From the human T2T-CHM13v2.0 reference genome, Homo sapiens: a stretch of DNA of 64,000 bases. The notes beneath the pieces are model-generated. The model saw only the letters and a list, made by a program, of their open reading frames with translations, was not told the DNA's origin and ran no database searches. The stretch lies in assembly GCF_009914755.1 (NCBI RefSeq), contig NC_060946.1, one strand, 5' to 3'. Every line of letters starts with the position of its first letter. Position 1 is the stretch's first letter. Positions 40,213 to 54,600 of the stretch are shown here, one piece after another. The translations under genes and the position numbers were made by a program.

Positions 40213-43200
40213 GAAAGGCAATGTTCAACTCTGTGACTTGAATGCAGACATCACAGAGCAGTTTCTGAGAATGCTTCTGTCTAGATTTTATAGGAAGATA
40301 TTCCCGTTTCCAACGAAATCTTCACAGCTATCCAAATATCCACTTGCAGATTCTACAAAAAGAGTGTATCAAAACTGCTCTGTCAAAAGGAAGGTTCTTC
40401 TCTGTTAGGTGAGTGCATACGTCATAAAGGAGTTTCTGAGAATGTTTCTGTCTAGTGGTTATGGGAAGATATTTGCTTTTTCACCGTAGGCCTCAGAGCG
40501 CTCCAAATATCCACTTGCACATACTACAAAAAGAGTGCCTCAAAGCTGCTCTCTGAAACGGAATGTTCAACTCTATGAGTTGAATGCAAACATCACAAAG
40601 ACGTTTCTGAGAATGCTTCTGTCTAGATTTGATATGAAGATATTCCCGTTTCCAACGAAATCTTCAAATCTATCCAAATGTCCACTTGCAGATTCAACAA
40701 AAAGTGTTTTTCAGAACTGCTGTATCAAAAGAAAGATCCACGTCTGTTAGCTGAGTTCACACATCACAAACAAGTTTATGAGAATGCTTCTGTCTAGTTT
40801 TTATTTGAAGATATTTCCTTTCTCACCATAGACCTGAAAGCTGTCCTAATGTTCACTTCCAGATACTACAGAAAGAGTGTTTCAAAACTGCTGTACGAAA
40901 GGGAATTTTCAACCCTGTGACTTGAATGCACACATCACAAAGAAGTTTCTGAGGATGCTGCTGTCTACTTTTTATACGTAATCCCGTTTCCAACGAAATC
41001 CTCCAAGCTATCCAAATATCCACTTGCAGATTCCACAGAAAGACTGTTTCAAAACTGCTCTGTCAATAGAAAGGTTCAACTCTGTTAGCTGCGTGCATAT
41101 ATCCCAAAGAAGATTCTGAGATTGCTTCTGTCTAGTTTTTATGGGAAGATATTTCCCTTTTCACCGTAGGCGTCAAGGCGCTCCAAATGTCCACTTCCAG
41201 ATACTACAAAAAGAGTGTTTCAAACCTACTCTGTGAAAGGGAATATTCAACTCTGTGACTTGAATGCACATATCACAAAGAAGTTTCTGAGAATGCTTCT
41301 GTCGAGATTTTATATGAAGATATTCCCGTTTCCAACGAAATCCTGAAATCTATCCAAATATCCCCTCGCAGATTCTACAAAAAGAGTGTTTCAAAACTGT
41401 TCTGTAAAAAGAAAGGTTCAACTCTGTTAGTTGAGTACACACATCACAAACAAGTATCACAGAATGCTTCTTTCTAGCTTGTAGGGGAAGATATTCCCTT
41501 TATCACCATGGGCCTCAAACCGTCCGAAACGTCCACTTCCATATACTTCAAAAAGAGCGTTTCAAACCTGCTCTATGAAAGGCAATGTTCAACTCTGTGA
41601 CTTGAATGCAGACATCACAGAGCTGTTTATGAGAATGCTTCTGTCTAGATTTTATAGGATGATATTCCCGTTTCCAACGAAATCTTCACAGCTATCCAAA
41701 TATCCACTTGCAGATTCTACAAAAAGAGTGTATCCAAACTGCTCTGGCAAAAGGAAGGTTCTTCTCTGTTAGGTGAGTGCATACGTCATAAAGGAGTTTC
41801 TGAGAATGTTTCTGTCTAGTGGTTATGGGAAGATATTTGCTTTTTCACCGTAGGCCTCAGAGCGCTCCAAATATCCACTTGCACATACTACAAAAAGAGT
41901 GCCTCAAAGCTGCTCTCTGAAATGGAATGTTCAACTCTATGAGTTGAATGCAAACATCACAAAGACGTTTCTGAGAATGCTTCTGTCTAGATTTGATATG
42001 AAGATATTCCCGTTTCCAACGAAATCTTCAAATCTATCCAAATGTCCACTTCTATAATCAACAAAAAGTGTTTTTCAGAACTGCTCTATCAAAAGAAAGA
42101 TCCACCTCTGTTAGCTGAGTTCACACATCCAAACAAGTTTATGAGAATGCTTCTGTCTAGTTTTTATTTGAAGATATTTCCTTTCTCACCATAGACCTGA
42201 AAGCTGTCCTAATGTTCACTTCCAGATACTACAGAAAGAGTGTTTAAAAACTGCTGTACGAAAGGGAATGTTCAACTCTGTGACTTGAATGCACACATCA
42301 CAAAGAAGTTTCTGAGGATGCTGCTGTCTACTTTTTATACGTAATCCCGTTTCCAACGAAATCCTCCAAGCTATCCAAATATCCACTTGCAGATTCCACA
42401 GAAAGACTGTTTCAAAACTGCTCTGTCAATAGAAAGGTTCAACTCTGTTAGCTGCGTGCATATATCCCAAAGAAGATTCTGAGATTGCTTCTGTCTAGTT
42501 TTTATGGGAAGATATTTCCCTTTTCACCGTAGGTGTCAAGGCGCTCCAAATGTCCACTTCCAGATACTACAAAAAGAGTGTTTCAAACCTACTCTGTGAA
42601 AAGGAATATTCAACTCTGTGACTTGAATGCACATATCACAAAGAAGTTTCTGAGAATGCTTCTGTCGAGATTTTATATGAAGATATTCCCGTTTCCAACG
42701 AAATCCTGAAATCTATCCAAATATCCCCTCGCAGATTCTACAAAAAGAGTGTTTCAAAACTGCTCTGTAAAAAGAAAGGTTCAACTCTGTTAGTTGAGTA
42801 CACACATCACAAACAAGTTTCACAGAATGCTTCTTTCTAGCTTGTAGGGGAAGATATTCCCTTTATCACCATGGGCCTCCAACCGTCCGAAACGTCCACT
42901 TCCATATACTACAAAAAGAGCGTTTCAAACCTGCTCTATGAAAGGCAATGTTCAACTCTGTGACTTGAATGCAGACATCACAGAGCAGTTTCTGAGAATG
43001 CTTCTGTCTAGATTTTATAGGAAGATATTCCCGTTTCCAACGAAATCTTCACAGCTATCCAAATATCCACTTGCAGATTCTACAAAAAGAGTGTATCAAA
43101 ACTGCTCTGTCAAAAGGAAGGTTCTTCTCTGTTAGGTGAGTGCATACGTCATAAAGGAGTTTCTGAGAATGTTTCTGTCTAGTGGTTATGGGAAGATATT

Positions 43201-46006
43201 TGCTTTTTCACCGTAGGCCTCAGAGCGCTCCAAATATCCACTTGCACATACTACAAAAAGAGTGCCTCAAAGCTGCTCTCTGAAACGGAATGTTCAACTC
43301 TATGAGTTGAATGCAAACATCACAAAGACGTTTCTGAGAATGCTTCTGTCTAGATTTGATATGAAGATATTCCCGTTTCCAACGAAATCTTCAAATCTAT
43401 CCAAATGTCCACTTGCAGATTCAACAAAAAGTGTTTTTCAGAACTGCTGTATCAAAAGAAAGATCCACGTCTGTTAGCTGAGTTCACACATCACAAACAA
43501 GTTTATGAGAATGCTTCTGTCTAGTTTTTATTTGAAGATATTTCCTTTCTCACCATAGACCTGAAAGCTGTCCTAATGTTCACTTCCAGATACTACAGAA
43601 AGAGTGTTTCAAAACTGCTGTACGAAAGGGAATTTTCAACCCTGTGACTTGAATGCACACATCACAAAGAAGTTTCTGAGGATGCTGCTGTCTACTTTTT
43701 ATACGTAATCCCGTTTCCAACGAAATCCTCCAAGCTATCCAAATATCCACTTGCAGATTCCACAGAAAGACTGTTTCAAAACTGCTCTGTCAATAGAAAG
43801 GTTCAACTCTGTTAGCTGCGTGCATATATCCCAAAGAAGATTCTGAGATTGCTTCTGTCTAGTTTTTATGGGAAGATATTTCCCTTTTCACCGTAGGCGT
43901 CAAGGCGCTCCAAATGTCCACTTCCAGATACTACAAAAAGAGTGTTTCAAACCTACTCTGTGAAAGGGAATATTCAACTCTGTGACTTGAATGCACATAT
44001 CACAAAGAAGTTTCTGAGAATGCTTCTGTCGAGATTTTATATGAAGATATTCCCGTTTCCAACGAAATCCTGAAATCTATCCAAATATCCCCTCGCAGAT
44101 TCTACAAAAAGAGTGTTTCAAAACTGTTCTGTAAAAAGAAAGGTTCAACTCTGTCAGTTGAGTACACACATCACAAACAAGTATCACAGAATGCTTCTTT
44201 CTAGCTTGTAGGGGAAGATATTCCCTTTATCACCATGGGCCTCAAACCGTCCGAAACGTCCACTTCCATATACTTCAAAAAGAGCGTTTCAAACCTGCTC
44301 TATGAAAGGCAATGTTCAACTCTGTGACTTGAATGCAGACATCACAGAGCTGTTTATGAGAATGCTTCTGTCTAGATTTTATAGGATGATATTCCCGTTT
44401 CCAACGAAATCTTCACAGCTATCCAAATATCCACTTGCAGATTCTACAAAAAGAGTGTATCCAAACTGCTCTGGCAAAAGGAAGGTTCTTCTCTGTTAGG
44501 TGAGTGCATACGTCATAAAGGAGTTTCTGAGAATGTTTCTGTCTAGTGGTTATGGGAAGATATTTGCTTTTTCACCGTAGGCCTCAGAGCGCTCCAAATA
44601 TCCACTTGCACATACTACAAAAAGAGTGCCTCAAAGCTGCTCTCTGAAATGGAATGTTCAACTCTATGAGTTGAATGCAAACATCACAAAGACGTTTCTG
44701 AGAATGCTTCTGTCTAGATTTGATATGAAGATATTCCCGTTTCCAACGAAATCTTCAAATCTATCCAAATGTCCACTTCTATAATCAACAAAAAGTGTTT
44801 TTCAGAACTGCTCTATCAAAAGAAAGATCCACCTCTGTTAGCTGAGTTCACACATCCAAACAAGTTTATGAGAATGCTTCTGTCTAGTTTTTATTTGAAG
44901 ATATTTCCTTTCTCACCATAGACCTGAAAGCTGTCCTAATGTTCACTTCCAGATACTACAGAAAGAGTGTTTAAAAACTGCTGTACGAAAGGGAATGTTC
45001 AACTCTGTGACTTGAATGCACACATCACAAAGAAGTTTCTGAGGATGCTGCTGTCTACTTTTTATACGTAATCCCGTTTCCAACGAAATCCTCCAAGCTA
45101 TCCAAATATCCACTTGCAGATTCCACAGAAAGACTGTTTCAAAACTGCTCTGTCAATAGAAAGGTTCAACTCTGTTAGCTGCGTGCATATATCCCAAAGA
45201 AGATTCTGAGATTGCTTCTGTCTAGTTTTTATGGGAAGATATTTCCCTTTTCACCGTAGGTGTCAAGGCGCTCCAAATGTCCACTTCCAGATACTACAAA
45301 AAGAGTGTTTCAAACCTACTCTGTGAAAAGGAATATTCAACTCTGTGACTTGAATGCACATATCACAAAGAAGTTTCTGAGAATGCTTCTGTCGAGATTT
45401 TATATGAAGATATTCCCGTTTCCAACGAAATCCTGAAATCTATCCAAATATCCCCTCGCAGATTCTACAAAAAGAGTGTTTCAAAACTGCTCTGTAAAAA
45501 GAAAGGTTCAACTCTGTTAGTTGAGTACACACATCACAAACAAGTTTCACAGAATGCTTCTTTCTAGCTTGTAGGGGAAGATATTCCCTTTATCACCATG
45601 GGCCTCCAACCGTCCGAAACGTCCACTTCCATATACTACAAAAAGAGCGTTTCAAACCTGCTCTATGAAAGGCAATGTTCAACTCTGTGACTTGAATGCA
45701 GACATCACAGAGCAGTTTCTGAGAATGCTTCTGTCTAGATTTTATAGGAAGATATTCCCGTTTCCAACGAAATCTTCACAGCTATCCAAATATCCACTTG
45801 CAGATTCTACAAAAAGAGTGTATCAAAACTGCTCTGTCAAAAGGAAGGTTCTTCTCTGTTAGGTGAGTGCATACGTCATAAAGGAGTTTCTGAGAATGTT
45901 TCTGTCTAGTGGTTATGGGAAGATATTTGCTTTTTCACCGTAGGCCTCAGAGCGCTCCAAATATCCACTTGCACATACTACAAAAAGAGTGCCTCAAAGC
46001 TGCTCT
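40213..46006. repeat. Local 2727-bp (2-HOR minus 1 bp) tandem duplication carrying the divergent haplotype C
   Basis: About 20 otherwise rare variants recur at +2727 (41400/44127, 41923/44650, 42052-57/44779-84, 1-bp deletion at 42129/44856, 42534/45261). One difference at 44155. Confidence 0.9.
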
Positions 46007-49000
46007 TTGAAACGGAATGTTCAACTCTATGAGTTGAATGCAAACATCACAAAGACGTTTCTGAGAATGCTTCTGTCTAGATTTGATATGAAGATATTCC
46101 CGTTTCCAACGAAATCTTCAAATCTATCCAAATGTCCACTTGCAGATTCAACAAAAAGTGTTTTTCAGAACTGCTCTATCAAAAGAAAGATCCACATCTG
46201 TTAGCTGAGTTCACACATCACAAACAAGTTTATGAGAATGCTTCTGTCTAGTTTTTATTTGAAGATATTTCCTTTCTCACCATAGACCTGAAAGCTGTCC
46301 TAATGTTCACTTCCAGATACTACAGAAAGAGTGTTTCAAAACTGCTGTATGAAAGGGAATGTTCAACTCTGTGACTTGAATGCACACATCACAAAGAAGT
46401 TTCTGAGGATGCTGCTGTCTACTTTTTATATGTAATCCCGTTTCCAACGAAATCCTCCAAGCTATCCAAATATCCACTTGCAGATTCCACAGAAAGACTG
46501 TTTCAAAACTGCTCTGTCAATAGAAAGGTTCAACTCTGTTAGCTGCGTGCATATATCCCAAAGAAGATTCTGAGATTGCTTCTGTCTAGTTTTTATGGGA
46601 AGATATTTCCCTTTTCACCGTAGGCGTCAAGGCGCTCCAAATGTCCACTTCCAGATACTACAAAAAGAGTGTTTCAAACCTACTCTGTGAAAGGGAATAT
46701 TCAACTCTGTGACTTGAATGCACATATCACAAAGAAGTTTCTGATAATGCTTCTGTCGAGATTTTATATGAAGATATTCCCGTTTCCAACGAAATCCTGA
46801 AATCTATCCAAATATCCCCTCGCAGATTCTACAAAAAGAGTGTTTCAAAACTGCTCTGTAAAAAGAAAGGTTCAACTCTGTTAGTTGAGTACACACATCA
46901 CAAACAAGTTTCACAGAATGCTTCTTTCTAGCTTGTAGGGGAAGATATTCCCTTTATCACCATGGGCCTCCAACCGTCCGAAACGTCCACTTCCATATAC
47001 TACAAAAAGAGCGTTTCAAACCTGCTCTAGGAAAGGCAATGTTCAACTCTGTGACTTGAATGCAGACATCACAGAGCAGTTTCTGAGAATGCTTCTGTCT
47101 AGATTTTATAGGAAGATATTCCCGTTTCCAACGAAATCTTCACAGCTATCCAAATATCCACTTGCAGATTCTACAAAAAGAGTGTATCAAAACTGCTCTG
47201 TCAAAAGGAAGGTTCTTCTCTGTTAGGTGAGTGCATACGTCATAAAGGAGTTTCTGAGAATGTTTCTGTCTAGTGGTTATGGGAAGATATTTGCTTTTTC
47301 ACCGTAGGCCTCAGAGCGCTCCAAATATCCACTTGCACATACTACAAAAAGAGTGCCTCAGAGCTGCTCTCTGAAACGGAATGTTCAACTCTATGAGTTG
47401 AATGCAAACATCACAAAGACGTTTCTGAGAATGCTTCTGTCTAGATTTGATATGAAGATATTCCCGTTTCCAACGAAATCTTCAAATCTATCCAAATGTC
47501 CACTTGCAGATTCAACAAAAAGTGTTTTTCAGAACTGCTCTATCAAAAGAAAGATCCACCTCTGTTAGCTGAGTTCACACATCACAAACAAGTTTATGAG
47601 AATGCTTCTGTCTAGTTTTTATTTGAAGATATTTCCTTTCTCACCATAGACCTGAAAGCTGTCCTAATGTTCACTTCCAGATACTACAGAAAGAGTGTTT
47701 CAAAACTGCTGTACGAAAGGGAATGTTCAACTCTGTGACTTGAATGCACACATCACAAAGAAGTTTCTGAGGATGCTGCTGTCTACTTTTTATACGTAAT
47801 CCCGTTTCCAACGAAATCCTCCAAGCTATCCAAATATCCACTTGCAGATTCCACAGAAAGACTGTTTCAAAACTGCTCTGTCAATAGAAAGGTTCAACTC
47901 TGTTAGCTGCGTGCATATATCCCAAAGAAGATTCTGAGATTCCTTCTGTCTAGTTTTTATGGGAAGATATTTCCCTTTTCACCGTAGGCGTCAAGGCGCT
48001 CCAAATGTCCACTTCCAGATACTACAAAAAGAGTGTTTCAAACCTACTCTGTGAAAGCGAATATTCAACTCTGTGACTTGAATGCACATATCACAAAGAA
48101 GTTTCTGAGAATGCTTCTGTCGAGATTTTATATGAAGATATTCCCGTTTCCAACGAAATCCTGAAATCTATCCAAATATCCCCTCGCAGATTCTACAAAA
48201 AGAGTGTTTCAAAACTGCTCTGTAAAAAGAAAGGTTCAACTCTGTTAGTTGAGTACACACATCACAAACAAGTTTCACAGAATGCTTCTTTCTAGCTTGT
48301 AGGGGAAGATATTCCCTTTATCACCATGGTCCTCAAACCGTCCGAAACGTCCACTTCCATATACTACAAAAAGAGCGTTTCAAACCTGCTCTAGGAAAGG
48401 CAATGTTCAACTCTGTGACTTGAATGCAGACATCACAGAGCAGTTTCTGAGAATGCTTCTGTCTAGATTTTATAGGAAGATATTCCCGTTTCCAACGAAA
48501 TCTTCACAGCTATCCAAATATCCACTTGCAGATTCTACAAAAAGAGTGTATCAAAACTGCTCTGTCAAAAGGAAGGTTCTTCTCTGTTAGGTGAGTGCAT
48601 ACGTCATAAAGGAGTTTCTGAGAATGTTTCTGTCTAGTGGTTATGGGAAGATATTTGCTTTTTCACCGTAGGCCTCAGAGCGCTCCAAATATCCACTTGC
48701 ACATACTACAAAAAGAGTGCCTCAAAGCTGCTCTCTGAAACGGAATGTTCAACTCTATGAGTTGAATGCAAACATCACAAAGACGTTTCTGAGAATGCTT
48801 CTGTCTAGATTTGATATGAAGATATTCCCGTTTCCAACGAAATCTTCAAATCTATCCAAATGTCCACTTGCAGATTCAACAAAAAGTGTTTTTCAGAACT
48901 GCTGTATCAAAAGAAAGATCCACGTCTGTTAGCTGAGTTCACACATCACAAACAAGTTTATGAGAATGCTTCTGTCTAGTTTTTATTTGAAGATATTTCC

Positions 49001-50945
49001 TTTCTCACCATAGACCTGAAAGCTGTCCTAATGTTCACTTCCAGATACTACAGAAAGAGTGTTTCAAAACTGCTGTACGAAAGGGAATTTTCAACCCTGT
49101 GACTTGAATGCACACATCACAAAGAAGTTTCTGAGGATGCTGCTGTCTACTTTTTATACGTAATCCCGTTTCCAACGAAATCCTCCAAGCTATCCAAATA
49201 TCCACTTGCAGATTCCACAGAAAGACTGTTTCAAAACTGCTCTGTCAATAGAAAGGTTCAACTCTGTTAGCTGCGTGCATATATCCCAAAGAAGATTCTG
49301 AGATTGCTTCTGTCTAGTTTTTATGGGAAGATATTTCCCTTTTCACCGTAGGCGTCAAGGCGCTCCAAATGTCCACTTCCAGATACTACAAAAAGAGTGT
49401 TTCAAACCTACTCTGTGAAAGGGAATATTCAACTCTGTGACTTGAATGCACATATCACAAAGAAGTTTCTGAGAATGCTTCTGTCGAGATTTTATATGAA
49501 GATATTCCCGTTTCCAACGAAATCCTGAAATCTATCCAAATATCCCCTCGCAGATTCTACAAAAAGAGTGTTTCAAAACTGCTCTGTAAAAAGAAAGGTT
49601 CAACTCTGTTAGTTGAGTACACACATCACAAACAAGTTTCACAGAATGCTTCTTTCTAGCTTGTAGGGGAAGATATTCCCTTTATCACCATGGTCCTCAA
49701 ACCGTCCGAAACGTCCACTTCCATATACTACAAAAAGAGCGTTTCAAACCTGCTCTAGGAAAGGCAATGTTCAACTCTGTGACTTGAATGCAGACATCAC
49801 AGAACAGTTTCTGAGAATGCTTCTGTCTAGATTTTATAGGAAGATATTCCCGTTTCCAACGAAATCTTCACAGCTATCCAAATATCCACTTGCAGATTCT
49901 ACAAAAAGAGTGTATCAAAACTGCTCTGTCAAAAGGAAGGTTCTTCTCTGTTAGGTGAGTGCATACGTCATAAAGGAGTTTCTGAGAATGTTTCTGTCTA
50001 GTGGTTATGGGAAGATATTTGCTTTTTCACCGTAGGCCTCAGAGCGCTCCAAATATCCACTTGCACATACTACAAAAAGAGTGCCTCAAAGCTGCTCTCT
50101 GAAACGGAATGTTCAACTCTATGAGTTGAATGCAAACATCACAAAGACGTTTCTGAGAATGCTTCTGTCTAGATTTGATATGAAGATATTCCCGTTTCCA
50201 ACGAAATCTTCAAATCTATCCAAATGTCCACTTGCAGATTCAACAAAAAGTGTTTTTCAGAACTGCTCTATCAAAAGAAAGATCCACCTCTGTTAGCTGA
50301 GTTCACACATCACAAACAAGTTTATGAGAATGCTTCTGTCTAGTTTTTATTTGAAGATATTTCCTTTCTCACCATAGACCTGAAAGCTGTCCTAATGTTC
50401 ACTTCCAGATACTACAGAAAGAGTGTTTCAAAACTGCTGTACGAAAGGGAATGTTCAACTCTGTGACTTGAATGCACACATCACAAAGAAGTTTCTGAGG
50501 ATGCTGCTGTCTACTTTTTATACGTAATCCCGTTTCCAACGAAATCCTCCAAGCTATCCAAATATCCACTTGCAGATTCCACAGAAAGACTGTTTCAAAA
50601 CTGCTCTGTCAATAGAAAGGTTCAACTCTGTTAGCTGCGTGCATATATCCCAAAGAAGATTCTGAGATTGCTTCTGTCTAGTTTTTATGGGAAGATATTT
50701 CCCTTTTCACCGTAGGCGTCAAGGCCCTCCAAATGTCCACTTCCAGATACTACAAAAAGAGTGTTTCAAACCTACTCTGTGAAAGGGAATATTCAACTCT
50801 GTGACTTGAATGCACATATCACAAAGAAGTTTCTGAGAATGCTTCTGTCGAGATTTTATATGAAGATATTCCCGTTTCCAACGAAATCCTGAAATCTATC
50901 CAAATATCCCCTCGCAGATTCTACAAAAAGAGTGTTTCAAAACTG

Positions 50946-51676
50946 TTCTGTAAAAAGAAAGGTTCAACTCTGTTAGTTGAGTACACACATCACAAACAAG
51001 TATCACAGAATGCTTCTTTCTAGCTTGTAGGGGAAGATATTCCCTTTATCACCATGGGCCTCAAACCGTCCGAAACGTCCACTTCCATATACTTCAAAAA
51101 GAGCGTTTCAAACCTGCTCTATGAAAGGCAATGTTCAACTCTGTGACTTGAATGGAGACATCACAGAGCTGTTTATGAGAATGCTTCTGTCTAGATTTTA
51201 TAGGATGATATTCCCGTTTCCAACGAAATCTTCACAGCTATCCAAATATCCACTTGCAGATTCTACAAAAAGAGTGTATCCAAACTGCTCTGGCAAAAGG
51301 AAGGTTCTTCTCTGTTAGGTGAGTGCATACGTCATAAAGGAGTTTCTGAGAATGTTTCTGTCTAGTGGTTATGGGAAGATATTTGCTTTTTCACCGTAGG
51401 CCTCAGAGCGCTCCAAATATCCACTTGCACATACTACAAAAAGAGTGCCTCAAAGCTGCTCTCTGAAATGGAATGTTCAACTCTATGAGTTGAATGCAAA
51501 CATCACAAAGACGTTTCTGAGAATGCTTCTGTCTAGATTTGATATGAAGATATTCCCGTTTCCAACGAAATCTTCAAATCTATCCAAATGTTCACTTGCA
51601 GATTCAACAAAAAGTGTTTTTCAGAACTGCTCTATCAAAAGAAAGATCCACCTCTGTTAGCTGAGTTCACACATCC
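50946..51676. repeat. Third copy of the divergent haplotype C block
   Basis: Same markers: aactgTtct, caagtAtcac, atactTca, ctctaTga, agcTgtttAtg, ggaTgat, tatcCaaact, ctctgGc, aaaTgga and the 1-bp deletion at 51675/6. Confidence 0.9.
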
Positions 51677-54600
51677 AAACAAGTTTATGAGAATGCTTCT
51701 GTCTAGTTTTTATTTGAAGATATTTCCTTTCTCACCATAGACCTGAAAGCTGTCCTAATGTTCACTTCCAGATACTACAGAAAGAGTGTTTCAAAACTGC
51801 TGTACGAAAGGGAATGTTCAACTCTGTGACTTGAATGCACACATCACAAAGAAGTTTCTGAGGATGCTGCTGTCTACTTTTTATACGTAATCCCGTTTCC
51901 AACGAAATCCTCCAAGCTATCCAAATATCCACTTGCAGATTCCACAGAAAGACTGTTTCAAAACTGCTCTGTCAATAGAAAGGTTCAACTCTGTTAGCTG
52001 CGTGCATATATCCCAAAGAAGATTCTGAGATTGCTTCTGTCTAGTTTTTATGGGAAGATATTTCCCTTTTCACCGTAGGCGTCAAGGCGCTCCAAATGTC
52101 CACTTCCAGATACTACAAAAAGAGTGTTTCAAACCTACTCTGTGAAAGGGAATATTCAACTCTGTGACTTGAATGCACATATCACAAAGAAGTTTCTGAG
52201 AATGCTTCTGTCGAGATTTTATATGAAGATATTCCCGTTTCCAACGAAATCCTGAAATCTATCCAAATATCCCCTCGCAGATTCTACAAAAAGAGTGTTT
52301 CAAAACTGCTCTGTAAAAAGAAAGGTTCAACTCTGTTAGTTGAGTACACACATCACAAACAAGTTTCACAGAATGCTTCTTTCTAGCTTGTAGGGGAAGA
52401 TATTCCCTTTATCACCATGGGCCTCCAACCGTCCGAAACATCCACTTCCATATACTACAAAAAGAGCGTTTCAAACCTGCTCTATGAAAGGCAATGTTCA
52501 ACTCTGTGACTTGAATGCAGACATCACAGAGCAGTTTCTGAGAATGCTTCTGTCTAGATTTTATAGGAAGATATTCCCGTTTCCAACGAAATCTTCACAG
52601 CTATCCAAATATCCACTTGCAGATTCTACAAAAGGAGTGTATCAAAACTGCTCTGTCAAAAGGAAGGTTCTTCTCTGTTAGGTGAGTGCATACGTCATAA
52701 AGGAGTTTCTGAGAATGTTTCTGTCTAGTGGTTATGGGAAGATATTTGCTTTTTCACCGTAGGCCTCAGAGCGCTCCAAATATCCACTTGCACATACTAC
52801 AAAAAGAGTGCCTCAAAGCTGCTCTCTGAAACGGAATGTTCAACTCTATGAGTTGAATGCAAACATCACAAAGACGTTTCTGAGAATGCTTCTGTCTAGA
52901 TTTGATATGAAGATATTCCCGTTTCCAACGAAATCTTCAAATCTATCCAAATGTCCACTTGCAGATTCAACAAAAAGTGTTTTTCAGAACTGCTCTATCA
53001 AAAGAAAGATCCACCTCTGTTAGCTGAGTTCACACATCACAAACAAGTTTATGAGAATGCTTCTGTCTAGTTTTTATTTGAAGATATTTCCTTTCTCACC
53101 ATAGACCTGAAAGCTGTCCTAATGTTCACTTCCAGATACTACAGAAAGAGTGTTTCAAAACTGCTGTACGAAAGGGAATGTTCAACTCTGTGACTTGAAT
53201 GCACACATCACAAAGAAGTTTCTGAGGATGCTGCTGTCTACTTTTTATACGTAATCCCGTTTCCAACGAAATCCTTCAAGCTATCCAAATATCCACTTGC
53301 AGATTCCACAGAAAGACTGTTTCAAAACTGCTCTGTCAATAGAAAGGTTCAACTCTGTTAGCTGCGTGCATATATCCCAAAGAAGATTCTGAGATTCCTT
53401 CTGTCTAGTTTTTATGGGAAGATATTTCCCTTTTCACCGTAGGCGTCAAGGCGCTCCAAATGTCCACTTCCAGATACTACAAAAAGAGTGTTTCAAACCT
53501 ACTCTGTGAAAGGGAATATTCAACTCTGTGACTTGAATGCACATATCACAAAGAAGTTTCTGAGAATGCTTCTGTCGAGATTTTATATGAAGATATTCCC
53601 GTTTCCAACGAAATCCTGAAATCTATCCAAATATCCCCTCGCAGATTCTACAAAAAGAGTGTTTCAAAACTGCTCTGTAAAAAGAAAGGTTCAACTCTGT
53701 TAGTTGAGTACACACATCACAAACAAGTTTCACAGAATGCTTCTTTCTAGCTTGTAGGGGAAGATATTCCCTTTATCACCATGGTCCTCAAACCGTCCGA
53801 AACGTCCACTTCCATATACTACAAAAAGAGCGTTTCAAACCTGCTCTAGGAAAGGCAATGTTCAACTCTGTGACTTGAATGCAGACATCACAGAGCAGTT
53901 TCTGAGAATGCTTCTGTCTAGATTTTATAGGAAGATATTCCCGTTTCCAACGAAATCTTCACAGCTATCCAAATATCCACTTGCAGATTCTACAAAAAGA
54001 GTGTATCAAAACTGCTCTGTCAAAAGGAAGGTTCTTCTCTGTTAGGTGAGTGCATACGTCATAAAGGAGTTTCTGAGAATGTTTCTGTCTAGTGGTTATG
54101 GGAAGATATTTGCTTTTTCACCGTAGGCCTCAGAGCGCTCCAAATATCCACTTGCACATACTACAAAAAGAGTGCCTCAAAGCTGCTCTCTGAAACGGAA
54201 TGTTCAACTCTATGAGTTGAATGCAAACATCACAAAGACGTTTCTGAGAATGCTTCTGTCTAGATTTGATATGAAGATATTCCCGTTTCCAACGAAATCT
54301 TCAAATCTATCCAAATGTCCACTTGCAGATTCAACAAAAAGTGTTTTTCAGAACTGCTGTATCAAAAGAAAGATCCACGTCTGTTAGCTGAGTTCACACA
54401 TCACAAACAAGTTTATGAGAATGCTTCTGTCTAGTTTTTATTTGAAGATATTTCCTTTCTCACCATAGACCTGAAAGCTGTCCTAATGTTCACTTCCAGA
54501 TACTACAGAAAGAGTGTTTCAAAACTGCTGTACGAAAGGGAATGTTCAACTCTGTGACTTGAATGCACACATCACAAAGAAGTTTCTGAGGATGCTGCTG

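Noticed and set aside
42053-42058. TATAAT (-10 or TATA-like) promoter motif
   Set aside because: It is a by-product of the clustered mutation in eukaryotic satellite DNA. Nothing else supports a promoter.
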